A stretch of DNA of 64,000 nt, taken from the NCBI GenBank assembly GCA_002633005.1, contig NMRA01000154.1, positions 290,728 to 354,727 on the forward strand, read 5' to 3'. Numbering within the stretch: the stretch's first letter is position 1; every line of letters starts with the position of its first letter. The DNA is from Phoronis australis. Its lineage: Eukaryota > Animalia > Phoronida. Below, one piece after another: positions 24,166 to 36,470 of this stretch. Both the position numbers and the translations under genes were made by a program. The notes under the pieces were generated by a model that worked only from the letters and a program-made list of their open reading frames with translations, ran no database searches and was not told the origin of the DNA.

Positions 24166-24460
24166 GGTGGTGCAGTGGTAACGTACGTGCGCTCTAAACG
24201 TCAGGTCGTGAGTTCGAGTCTTCGATACCTGCATTTTTTTCCTGTTTGACACGTTCTCCGTGTTTTTTTTTTTTGCCTTTTTTTCATGGATAATACTTCA
24301 GGAATCAAGGAAAATGCTTGATTTTTAGAGGTAAAAACAGAAAAATTTCCTCCCCCCATTCGGTGCTATGCGCATCTACAATCGTGGTTCAGTTTGCGCA
24401 AATGGTTCCAACCGGACAAAATGTTGGCCCCCCCCTTGTGATATCCTAGATCCGCCACTG
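24166..24460. mobile_element. Repeat joining a tRNA-like segment to a CAGTGGCGGATC (hAT-like) end
   Basis: A-box TGGTGCAGTGG, B-box GAGTTCGAGTC, oligo-T; inverted second copy at 62412-62705. Confidence 0.65.
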
Positions 24461-25982
24461 CGTGTTACCCTGATGTAAAATCTCCCCAAGTTATGGCGCA
24501 ATACAGTAGACAAAAAGCATTATATTTGTGTTCGTTTTATCAGAAAAGAAAAGAACTCCATATACTTCTACGTTCACAGTTCTTTGTCATAGCTTTACGA
24601 AATTGTGGACTTACCAAAAAGTAGCATCTTTTGAGCGATGAAAATATAAGAATTTTGAAAATTCTTACTGAGACGTTACCGCTTTCATTGACATAAAATC
24701 GAGCATGACGTCACTGTGTTCAGCGCACTGCCTATATGTTACGTGTAGTGTGTGTTGTGGCGCTACTTCTCACAATCACGTATTTAAGTAATCCGGAAAA
24801 GGGAACATAATCACATATTTGAGACTCAGTTTGGATTCTTTACATGACGGCGACATCCCGTTGCTCCTAACTTGTTCGATTCTATAGCCCAACAACAAGT
24901 TGGGAAGTTTACCCCCGCAGCCAATATCTTACACGACTGCGCTCTTTTGATCAATAATTGCTCTAATCTCCGATCAGATCGTATCTAGCCTGACTGGGCT
25001 GGGCTGATAAAAATGAAAGTTAAGTTATAACATATCTGAGCTTAAACCAATAGCATTTCTGAATTCCTCGTCAAATGCTGATAATGTTCCGTTTTTGAAT
25101 CACCAAAATCGCCCAACTACAATAGAAGTTATAAGACAACTCTGTTCTGTCCAAACGGGTTACCAACGCACTGGGTTTGACTTTGTGCGCGTTCGGCAAT
25201 AGCGTGCAACCACCATACGTTTCCAATGAAGCCTGGGAGTTAATTGGCCTGCTTGTTATCATACGGGACAAAAGACTGGGCTGGGCAGTTAACAAAAGAG
25301 CCAGATGTTATCGCACGTTCAGCACCCCTCACGTCTGGAAAAGTTACTGACCGACAGAACGCTGTAATGAAATCACTATGAAAGCAGGGAGTCTTAAAGT
25401 CGGCGTCAAATGTAGTGAACAAACTACTGAATTTTTGGGCATCGATGAAGATATGTTTAAAAGTACCATTTGGTTTAAGGTAAATGGTTTCGAGTGCCAG
25501 TGCGAATTTAATTTGCCAGAAAAGCATTAGATTTTCAGCTGTTGTCCATGTCCTTTGAATTTCTACGACCTCTCCAACTTATACTCCCTACTGACAGTTT
25601 CGGCTGTGTAAGCAATCTTATAGTCAACACTAGGGGCTGATTTTTAAAAATTATTCTTCGTTATTGTGCCACTGTTTCAACGCTTGGGGCATTGTGTTTA
25701 GTTTTGGGCTTTTTTGGGTGGTAGTCCTACCAAAGTAGACTTGAGGCCAGTGCCGGTGTCTCCTCCCTGCTCGATAATAACAATGGTGTGCCCTCGGTTA
25801 CTGCTGTTATTAAGGGGTCTTTTATTTCACCAATGCAGGTGTAAAGGTGATCCAAAAACCATTCATTGCTTCTACCAGGGTATTTCTCGGCAATTCCAAC
25901 CGCCTCTGTCCCGGGAACTTGTGTGAGCTTTTGGGGGCAGTTGTCCTGGTGGGAATTCAGGTGTGCTTTTTGATTTTCTACA

Positions 25983-26368
25983 CTCCTCTTGATTCATTAT
26001 CATTATGACGAGATTAGCTTGCAGGGTAATGGCATTTCACAAAAGGCAAAGACAAAAGCCTCGAGTGTTATAGTAACCAACAACTCAATCATTTCTCAAT
26101 CTCACCAATTCCAGAATCCTGCATAGAACTAACAACATGTATATGCACCAAGGGCTGTCCCAGCGTGCGCTTTGGCTGTCGACAAGTTGAAGTCCGGTGC
26201 ACGTGCAAGTATATGGACTCTCATACACATTTCCAGAATGCCAGTGGTTGAGAAATGATTGAGTTGTTGGTTACTATACTACTGGAGACTTTTGTTGTTG
26301 CCTTTTGTGAAATGCCATTACCCTGTAAGCGAATGTCATAATAATAATGGTAATGAATTAAGAAGAGT
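25983..26368. mobile_element. MITE with ~115 bp inverted arms, nested in the foldback element
   Basis: 25983-26099 is the reverse complement of 26248-26368 (e.g. CAGGGTAATGGCATTTCACAAAAGGCAA). Confidence 0.7.
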
Positions 26369-26699
26369 TCGACTCTGGCACTTTCACTCAGAAAGCAAGA
26401 TCGCTCCATGAGGAACCACATTGGTCGCGCTTTCTTTATTATTTCATGTTTTAAGAAAACTTTTTAAGGAAATTTTCTGTTTGACTTGCTATAATCTTTA
26501 TGAGAAACATGTTATTGTAGCAAACGATGTTCGTGTAGTTGTAATAAAAATGAAACAGAAATAGAAGTGGCTTGTTTGCTGGTAATCCATTGCAACTGAC
26601 ATTTTCGTGTGTTCAAGTCATCATACATTTGCAAAATTCAACCTTTGAGCATATGTTGACATCCAATCACGAAAATAATGCTTCAGTAAAATGATTTTT

Positions 26700-27179
26700 C
26701 AGTGCATGAGAACCTAATATACTGATATCGCTCGAGAGCTAAGAGTGTTTCCTTAGGCATTACAATTCCACGATGGCGGCTGGCGGCCATCTTAGATTTA
26801 TCGATGACGTAAGCAAAACTCATTTTGCCATACGATGCTATGCCTGAAGCACTCCAAAATTACTCTGAATTTATGTGTAAAAATGCCCTAAATATTTGAG
26901 CTCATTTCCAATGGACCATATGCAGCATGATGCCCTTGACCTCCAGTTACAAAAATGGTATCAGAATCGATTTTGTCATACCTGTAAACCTATAGCTTGA
27001 TGTATCATACTCATTTTAAAAAAGGTATTTATTGGGTTATGCCTGCAAAATCTAGCCGGGCATACATTTTTTTTTTTAATTCAGCACCGCAAAAACAAAT
27101 CGTCAGATCTGCAATACCCCCAAATGCCCTCAACACCACTGATATACTGAAGCCTTTTTTGAAAATTGGAAACGGCCTA
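26700..27179. mobile_element. Possible Academ-type transposon end
   Basis: Ends in GGAAACGGCCTA (5'-TAGGCC on the other strand), like the end at 48937; left boundary uncertain. Confidence 0.35.
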
Positions 27180-27943
27180 CATGTATTTGTGATGAAGACT
27201 ACTTTTATTATATCACCGCCCTGATTAACAACAATACGATTTTTGACAATATATTTTCAGTACATTTTGAGCACTATAACACGTCATTTTTCATAAATGA
27301 GACGCCACGCCAACGTGTACAGTATGGCCTCAAACATTGATTGTCAGTTTTCTTTCTGAGATAAGAAATCTCCGCTTTAATTTGTTTAAGGAACAATTTT
27401 TCATTACAGCGTCCTGTCGTTCAGTAACTTTTCCAGACAGAGGGGTGCTGAACGTGCGATATCTGGCTTAACTTAACTTTCATTTTGATCAGCCCACCCC
27501 AGTCAGGCTAGATACGATCTGATCGGAGATTAGAACAATTATTAAACAAAAGGGCGCAGGCCCTCCAATCATCAACGCCAGAATGGAGTTAATTGGCTAA
27601 GGGGGAGGGGGGGGGGTAAACTTCCCAACTTGTTGTTGGGCTATACAATCGAACAAGTTGGGAGCAACGGGATGTCGCCGTCATGTAAATTGTTCCTTAA
27701 AAGATCAATGTTGACATGATCAAGGTAAGTTTTATCACCAAAACCTTCGCAAAGGAAGACTGGTTCATTACCGTATTGGCGCGCCTTTTGGACCATTGGC
27801 CTGTATCGGAATCAATTTCGCGGCCTTTTTTATCCAAGTGGTTCGCGTATAGGCGCATGTGCCCAAGTGCCACATGTAAGCACAGTTCCGCACAGACGTC
27901 CATGGGCCTAATGACGCGGCAATACGGTATATTCTTGTTGAGC

Positions 27944-29013
27944 TCACTCGTGATCTCCATGTTCATGAGCTATCCCGTTGGCGATTCCGTTTGATTTGTT
28001 CACGATTGCGGTCATCTCATGGTCTTCGGTTTCCTTGTTCTGCGGAGAATGTTTTGACAGCAGGTACAGCGGGCACAATAAGACCAAAGAAAACATGGCC
28101 GTGCCAAAGAGAATGTACATTAAAGCGATGGGTCCAATCGTGTCAAACGACCATGGAATCAAGGTGGGAAACAACATGTCTCCGATTGTCTGGCCTCCTT
28201 TGCAGATATTAATTATGATTGCGTCATCAGCAATGTTAGACAAACTAAACAACATAAGAGAAGGCAGAACAGAGCTGCAAAAGAAACCGACATATGCTGA
28301 CGAAATCCAGAGGAGAATTCTGCTTTGTTCTGCCCAGAAGCAGAGGAACATGAACATAGCTGACACGGCGGATAAGCTAATAAGCACCATCACAAACGAG
28401 CTCAGCAATTTTGAAATCCAGATAGCATTTATACTGCCAAACCCGAAGCCAATGAATGTTATTGTCGTCATCAGGACTGCGTCCAGCTTGGGAACGTGTG
28501 CTTTTGAATGAATGCAAAAGGTGGCGAACAAGTCCATGAATGACTTCTGAAGGCCAGTCCAACATATGTTTATAACAAATGCAATGACGGTCATTCCAAC
28601 CAAGTGGGGACTATGGAATATTTCCTTTACAGCCCTCGATTTTTTTGCATTCGCTTTATATTTGACATGGTGTTTACCTTTGACCACTTTGAATGTGTAT
28701 ACAACACAGAAGAAAGCGGTTGGCAGAAGGCAAGCGCTGCCAAGAATAACGTAGCCGTAAATGACATGCGACTCTGTCCAGTGATAAAGTCTTGGATGTG
28801 CGCAGTCATGGAAACACGGGTAGGAGATATTCTCATCAGAAACATTCTGCATTGATGTATGATTCCATGACTGATCTTCGGTTATTTTACGAGACAGAAA
28901 TGGCCGTATAACCAGCGATCCAACTATCGGTCCGAGGAACTTGAGAGTATTCTCGGCTTGCACGAGCTGTTCTTTATGTCTTCCGCCAACAGTGACTAAA
29001 ATGACAGCTGTAC
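27944..29013 (-). CDS. MFS transporter (MFSD4/NAGLT1-like), terminal exon
   Basis: Multi-TM ORF; tttcag acceptor, phase 1; TAVILVTVGGRHKEQLVQAENTLKFLGPIVGSLVIRPFL resembles the MFSD4 TM4-5 region. Confidence 0.85.
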
Positions 29014-29817
29014 CTGAAACATATATAGTAAAACCACTTCCTAAATGCGTTTTGCAGTGACGTGCTTGTAAGAGCATCAAAAATGTACGTTCTCCTACTC
29101 ACCTGAAACTGCTATGAACCGGTCTTCTGTTGAAGAATAAACTTTTGGTGTTGCCCATTACTGAGCCATTATAAATTGTGGGGAGTTCAGAGGTGATCGG
29201 AAGACATGGGAAGAACTCTCGAAACATCACTCTTTACACTATATTTCAGGGTAATTCCTCAAACTCAACCCCTTCCCAAGGATTGTTGTTTACTTAATCA
29301 AGGCAAACTAAAGGAATGAGAAAATTGCAAAGAACATTTATGATAACTTCTTTAGTTGTCCTGGTCGTATATTTTACAAACGCGCGACCTTGCGGAAACG
29401 GGGCAAAATGAGCTTCTTTAGATATTCGAGACAAATGAACCAGCCAAAACTGGTTTAAAATGAATATAGTACTGAGCACCGAATGACCACTGAGAGACAA
29501 ATTGCAATCTGGAATGGACACACCAGATGTATCTATGCTACGTGCTCTGGACTGCAGATCTACAGGAGTGATTCTCAGGAATTCAAACAACAATCCTTCG
29601 CTGACAAAACCTGCACACTAATTAGACTTTACCACCTGAACACGTTGCGTCACAGTTAGACCTGCATGGCTAATTAATTTATCATGAGTTAATAATCATC
29701 AAAGTTGTAGTCTTTTGTAAATTGACTTCAACTTTGTGACTCGTGGTGTTAGCTCATAAAGTATGTTTAAGGGTGATCTGCGCATGTACTAATGAACCAT
29801 GTTAACTAATTACTTAC

Positions 29818-30100
29818 AAACGCCTAATACGCCAATAGCAAAACCTTGCACAGTGATCGTTGCACCCAAAATATATATGGAAGAGGAGGCCGGAAGTAGA
29901 GCCGTAGAGATGGCCAATGCGAGATATGCCATTGCCATTATGAGGTTCGGGTCCACTGCCGTTAGGTACCTCATAAACAGATTGCCCATCAACTTCCCAG
30001 CTGCCCATGGGAACAGCACAATAGAGGCGCCTGATACAGGACTGTTGGTGATTTGCAGAAGGTCGGGCAATGCTGCACCAATTACCAAGAATGTAATGCT
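29818..30100 (-). CDS. MFS transporter, middle coding exon
   Basis: SITFLVIGAALPDLLQIT...VQGFAIGVLGV (GPTLPDL-like motif); tttcag acceptor, gtaagt donor, phase 0/1. Confidence 0.87.
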
Positions 30101-32354
30101 CTGAAATAAACCAAACGCTAAGTATATACGTGGGCTCCATTCAGTCTAGGGATCACAGGCAAGGGCGTGCTAATGTGTCGTAATTTCTCCCATGGTTTTC
30201 AAATGTAGGATCGTAGCGATACTGCCGTTTGCCAACAATTCTCGGCAATATCAGGCTATGAACGAATTCGTTTCTATGTCAGAAACCAAACGCAGTCACA
30301 TCTAAGAACACTTGAATTGTCCGTTTGTGGTCTGCATGTTGATAGATTCATCAATATGTCCGATATTTTTCTCGCTACATCTCGTGGATGACGAGCATTA
30401 TGTTACTACGTAACTCAGTGGACTACGCTGTACCGCATGTTGACCAACAGGAGCTCACTTGGTTCTGGTCTGTGACCAAATTATTTCGAAGCCAGTGCCT
30501 CACAGGTGAGCAGAGTAAAAAACGAAAGTATTGAACCCATTCAGCTGACTTTCTTTTTCAAAATACGGACAACAAAAATATAACATCATCGCACAAAAAA
30601 CAACACAGATCAGATCCAGTGCTATTTTTAAGCCCTAAGAGAATATCATTGCAAGTTTTATACATCGCCGGAAAATAATCGCATCCAAGGATATTTCTCA
30701 AGTTAGTTCAACTTTCTACGGTCCGTCTTACAGCCTACAGCACAACAGTCAACCGTCGCTGGCATCGGAAGGTCAAATACACTTAACTAGGCACAAATAA
30801 ATTACATGAGAAAATTCATAGCACGAAAACGAGGCTAGTGAAATGTTTGGCGGATGTAGCAGCGGTGTGGGTAAATACCGCGAGATTCAAGTGTCGTGTG
30901 ATCCGGGACCGCCCGATTGGCACGGCTCTTCGATACGTCATTTCTCCGCTCATCTTTAGTTTCTACATCGTTCGTATGAGAACGAGCACACCGAGTATTT
31001 GGTGCACGCATCATGGACACCTGAATTATATTCTCGTCGTACAAGGCACCTTTGAACCTGAGACCAAATGCCACAGAGTCATCCTTTAACCAAAGATACT
31101 TTAACTTTGAGGGGAATTTATTCACTTATGTCTTCATTATAGCCTAAGGAGGAGTACCCATGTATCGCTTGGCTGCTTGCTTGACACTCTGCCAGATAAT
31201 GCCGTGCAGCTCTAGTGCATACATGTAGTTTGCTTGATCTTATTAGTTTTAGTCCAGTCTGTTTCATTGTAAGTATCCAGATGTTAACCCACTGAAAGGT
31301 ATATTGTTTTGACTATATGGGCACTGCTATTCCTTACCAGCTGCTTCATTCTCTACAGCATTTCTAGTGTTCAACAATCCCGGTTTCCAGGGGCCTTAGC
31401 GTTCCACCAACCTGTGATTTTAGCACATTCACATGAGATTTTATAGATGACGTTCTTCTTTTTCTCATGCCTGTCTTGGGTTTGGCTTTGGTCATTCATC
31501 GATTCAGATTGTCTTAGCTACGGTACATCGCTCTTATGTATTCCTTGCTTATGTCTCCCAGTTTTCAAAGATACCGAGCATGTGTGGGAGCCATATTGCT
31601 TTTGTAGCATCTTCTTCTACCTTTGTGTTATTTATGATCCGGTGTACTGGGTTATCCATCTCAGTGTTGTTGTGCCACATGTTGCCTTTAATTTTCATGC
31701 CAGGCACTTTATATACCATTCGAACCACCCGACCGCAGTGTTGAAGTGGTACAATTAGAGGTAAGTAGGCGCCCAATGCCCACCGTATCACATTGAGCAG
31801 TAAATTCTAAGTGAATTGAATTCGCTAAACCTGTCTCACAAACATTTACGCCTATTTTTGACTCTCGAGTGGGTGAATGTATAATGTCACAACAAGGGGC
31901 CCAACCACACATATAAAAAATAATAAGGTAAAGGTCCTCGATTGTTCATCAGTGTCAAGTCAACCCCACTCCAAGGTCACAACAACTTTTTGAATAAATT
32001 GTCCAGGACGCACGTACGCACGCCGGAATATTCGGCAAAAACGCTGTCGTCAGCGTAGCAGTGCATGATCAATACCGTAAGCTATTGTATCACTACGTCC
32101 CACAAAACAGTCGCTTAGTGTGAGTAGGCGCTACGTTATGATGTAAAAAGATGGTTGGCAGCGCCTATGATCCAGTATAACGTGACTTACGATTCTTTGG
32201 CGCTACGTTTAAATACCAACAGGTGGTTGGCAGCGGCCTACGTGCGCCTACGCCCCACTACAGCACTGCCCGGACGTTGTAGTAACCGCAATATCCTCGA
32301 AGCAGTTAGCGAAAATTCGCAATTCTCATATACAAGCGTTCAAGTGCAACATCA

Positions 32355-32545
32355 AGATGATGAAGCAGGGTTTGTTTTTTGCAAGGAATCCGAGACTGTA
32401 TACATGTATGGCCTGATCCCACAAAAAACAAAATGCACGGAGGAACATATCAAACGAGTAGCCTACCAGTCGGCTCATATTAAGGGACAGTCTCTCATTC
32501 ATCAGCCAAAACTCCAATGTCCTTCCGACTGGGGATGGTCTAAAA
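32355..32545 (+). mobile_element. AcademX-like transposase C-terminal fragment
   Basis: IPQKT...HIKRVAYQSAHIKGQSL...P.LQCPSDWGW matches the PPT..H..R..YQ...W...P...GW pattern. Confidence 0.6.
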
Positions 32546-33906
32546 AGCTGGTTATCAAAAAATGCTTTGTAACCCTCGGCAACCCTCAAAGGTTTGGAGG
32601 GAATCTTGAAAACTCCTTTCAGAGTCTCCTAAACGAGCACGCGTGACCTACGTCTTAGCGAATTACACGGCACTTTTGGGAATTGACCACCCAGCAACGG
32701 CTATAATGTCCAACGCCTGTGACATAGGGAGTAGCCTACATGTATGAGCTAAAATTGATTCCTGTCTTTAACTTGGAAGATTGACGTCAATGACGCATTA
32801 GCAAGTGACACAGCGAGGATTGGCAGAAATCATCAAAACCGGGTTTAGTATCTTTTTAAGATTTCATATTGAACATTTATATCGATTGAAAATTTGTCCT
32901 GTTATTGATACCGTTGTTTTGTTATTAATGCGCCTTTCTTTTTCTTAAAATTTACTAAAATAGACATGATTGCGTGTCCCAATCAATGAGAGATTACATG
33001 TATTAAACGTTAAAAAACAAATTCTACAGGCATCCCACTTTCAGAGCATGTATACTCTTGCTGATTTAAAATCTACAGTTTTGTTGGCTTTATACAATGA
33101 CATATCGATAAGGTCCTACATAATCTTATAAGTGTACTTGCAATGCAACAAAATAAATCGCATTTTGTAGAGTGGATTTGAGTCGTCGATACAGTCCGTC
33201 AATAAACTGAATATAGTTTAAGGGACTATGTGAGATTCAGAATTTATTGTACCCTTGTATTTCTTAAAATCTTGTTTCCTTTTTGCACTAAATAAATCTA
33301 AACAATAACGGCAGTGATTTGTACAATGTAGTTGAAGTTGTTGCGACAGTAAAAACTGCTTATTATGTTTGTTTTATTGTGCATGGTTATGCAGTCAGCT
33401 AAGTTGCAGGATGAGTGGAAATTTATTATGACCTACAATGCGCAATGTCTGCACAAATAAATATAGATTGCAAAACATACTTAAGGAAAAAACGTAAACA
33501 CACGTGAACCCTGTACGCATATTTCTAACAAAACGGGGCTTGTAGTTACTAATTGTTCGACTGTCCTGTGTCATCACAACTCCAAACCCAGTCGCCGCAA
33601 TTTTCTCATCGGTTGCCACGATTTTCTGCCGACGTCATCAAAAGGTTAATAATATCGCGGGACTCTTGATGCGGCGTGTAGTTTCAATGCATTTAACTTT
33701 CTCTGGGTTTGTGACTATGAAATCAAAATAGGCTACCTTTACAGTATTATAGTGATGCATCTCCATTTCCTCAATTGCTGAGTCTAATCTAGAAATTGCA
33801 AGGGAAACTGAAAGGCTCTTAACAAGAAGAGCCAAATAAGAAATATAAATTTGTTATTTACTATTGTCCTTGGAGAGCTTTTCAATGCTTGATGGCTAAT
33901 ATTTAC

Positions 33907-34017
33907 CCTGGTGAATGTTCCAAATAAGCTCGAAAACATCTGAAATATGTCCAGCTTAGTGTAGGCATCTTGGTCGTCACTTGCGGAGGATCTTTCTTCG
34001 TCTAGAGAAGCATACAT
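33907..34017 (-). CDS. MFS transporter, probable first coding exon
   Basis: tttcag|ATG MYASLDEERSS...IFQMFSSLFGTFTR then gtaaat donor, phase 0; gives a 1464 nt CDS = 487 aa. Confidence 0.65.
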
Positions 34018-34148
34018 CTGAAACAACCAAACATGATCAATATGACGTCATCCGAGCATTGACATCCTCTTCATTGCGTCATTTCTTTTAACTTCGGTTT
34101 CTGGTCTGATAATGATTGTTTTAAAGCTAACCGAACCAGAAGCAGTTT

Positions 34149-34190
34149 TAACTCGCTACAGTCATGTTAAAACATGACTGTAGCGAGTTA
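34149..34190. repeat. Perfect hairpin, 20 bp arms with 2 nt spacer
   Basis: TAACTCGCTACAGTCATGTT-AA-AACATGACTGTAGCGAGTTA. Confidence 0.9.
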
Positions 34191-35424
34191 TAATGGCTCA
34201 AACAATAAAATAAAGTTTTTGAGCTGCTGTGGAAGTCATCAGGGTTTATGTTCTGTTTTGGTTTAGAAACATAACCATTTGTGAACACTATTTAAGAAAA
34301 ACACATTAAGTTCAATGTGACATAGTAGGCGTTAATGTGATTATATCCCGCCAAGTTCTTGACCAGTTGTCGTTAAGAGTTAGAACCTATTTTTTCAGGG
34401 ATAGTCTGCGCGGCCGCGTGACAAATAGCCAAAGAGTGAGAAGCTAAACCAGGTAGCAATTTTAATATCTTTAAAAAGGATAACCTCATCAGAGCAGGGC
34501 CCGCTTTCCACGTGGGCCACCAGAACACTGAATTTGAAGTCGGGATTTAAAAGTGAGACTTAGTAGTCCAAGCCCTGTGCTATAATGCTCCCCCCCCCCT
34601 CTGGGCAGGGATGTTGTCGACAGCGACGTGCGAAGCATCGTCTCTTTACATTTTTCAACGTAGATAAGCTCCGATTCAGCAAAATCCATTTTCCGCCTCA
34701 TGTAGCCTTCAATTAATTGATTTAAAGCGGCTATAAGCAGGGGTTTACTCCAATTAAAGTGTGACCTAACTTTTGATTTCGGCGCTTTCCGTTTTAAAAT
34801 TCATCTCAACGTGTTTCTTACTCAAACGAGAAATGATTTCTGAGTTCGGAACGAATTGTTTTGGTTGTTACTCCTTGGCCGAAGTGGTGAAAGGAGTGAC
34901 AGCCGTTGCTCGCTATGGCCCACCGTTCTCGCGATGTTCGAGATTTACAGCTAAGATGAATTTTTTTATTGACTAGTTATTTCTAACTGCAATATTTTAG
35001 ACTATCATATTTGTGCTAAAGATCGCTATTTCGTCTGATCGACATGAAATTTACGTACAGTGCTTATCTAGTCAATAGCCCGAGGTGAAATAGGACGCGT
35101 GATGGCGCTGTGACGGCTATTTTTCAATTTATGTTTGGTTCGCGATCCTTTGACCGAACCTTTTCACGTTTGGTATGTAAATAGATCTTCTCACGGGCTA
35201 TCCGATACCGTCGGTGTCATGGTTGTTGATGTTCTTGGTTTCGTCGTCGACTTCACCTTTTAATTTTTATTCGAATTAGCCAAGTGTCACACCTCACGTT
35301 ACAAAGCCTTACGTCCAGATCTGCGTACAACTTGTTGGTGAATTCTGCTCTGCGGCCCATCATAAAACTGTGTCTAACATTCATTTAGGCAGAAACCGCT
35401 TTTCTGTAAGTAAAGATGGTGATC

Positions 35425-36470
35425 TGGCAGACCGGGTTTATAAAGGGAAGATTAATTGGAGACAACACCAGAATAATGTAAGATCTACTCCAGTTCAGTG
35501 ATGAACATAGTATTCCCGGTCTTTTAGTAATGATAGACTTTGAAAAAGCAGTAATTGATTCTGTCTGTTGGAAACTTATTTACAATTTGCGCTTGTTTAA
35601 TTTTGGCAAAAATTTGTAAATTAGATTCGCCTTCTGAACAAAGGCGTAAAACTCTGTGTTATCCGACAAGGATTCGCGACTGCCGTCAAGGAGACCCTAT
35701 GTACTTGTTCATCATCTGAGCTGAGATCATGGCCACAATATTTCGCCAATATAATCATAGATAGGCTCATCGCATTTGAAAATTGTGCGACGTGCCGATG
35801 ATACAGTTCTCTGTCCGGATGGTTCCAAAGAATTCTTCAAAACCTCCTATGACCTTATTGGACCGATTTCACATGTTCTAAGGTTTGAAATTCAACTTGG
35901 TAAAAACTCATGGTATGTGGATTGGTTCAATGGAATTACGATTGTGTTCAGAATTCAACCTCTCTTGGCGTACAGATTCGTGTACCGCCCTTGGTAATGT
36001 TAACTAAAAATTATGATGATAAAATTCAGGATGTCAGATCGACTTTAACGAACTGGTCCAAAAGGTCTCTAACGTCTCTTGGAAACGCACTGTTTTTAAA
36101 TCATTTGCTTGTTCTGCCAAAATTGGTCATCCTTTGACAACTATGTCTTCACTGCCAAACCATACCGTCGAATTACTTGGCAAACTATTTCATAGATTAC
36201 ATTATGCACGCAAACGCGAGAACAATGCTGATGATCAGTTGGTTACTACTACTAAGACACACAGAATTTTCAAAATAAATGGGAAGACTGCCTGTATGTA
36301 ATACTTTCAAACGAATGGTGGAGCAATATCCACACATTAATTCTTCGTTCATTAGTGACACCAATCTCAAAAGGCTTCAAGTAAGACTTACTCACAGAAT
36401 CCTCAGTACTAATCGTTTCCTATTTAAACTAAGCATAAAATTGATTTCGACCGACGTTTATACATCAAAA
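35425..36470 (+). mobile_element. Degenerate L1/Tx1-clade non-LTR retrotransposon (RT region)
   Basis: Disrupted motifs GFIKGRLIGDN, GLLVMIDFEKA..DSV.W, RQGDP, ADDT, WSKRSL..LG, HRILSTN in the expected order. Confidence 0.8.

Larger units (their letters stand above)
24839..27689. mobile_element. Foldback-like element bounded by long inverted repeats
   Basis: TTTACATGACGGCGACATCCCGTTGCTCC... at 24839 is mirrored at 27689; IR blocks 24839-25027 and ~25285-25361 match 27399-27689. Confidence 0.75.

Noticed and set aside
24166-24232. Functional tRNA gene
   Set aside because: A and B boxes are present but the acceptor stem does not pair convincingly, and it is part of a repeated element
27697-27966. 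89 aa ORF overlapping the MFS stop codon
   Set aside because: No recognisable domain; most likely a chance open frame in the 3' UTR
27978-28855. Plus-strand ORFs (177 aa and shorter)
   Set aside because: Antisense shadows of the MFS coding exon
31150-31780. LINE 3' remnant on the minus strand
   Set aside because: Only faint peptide resemblance; too decayed to support
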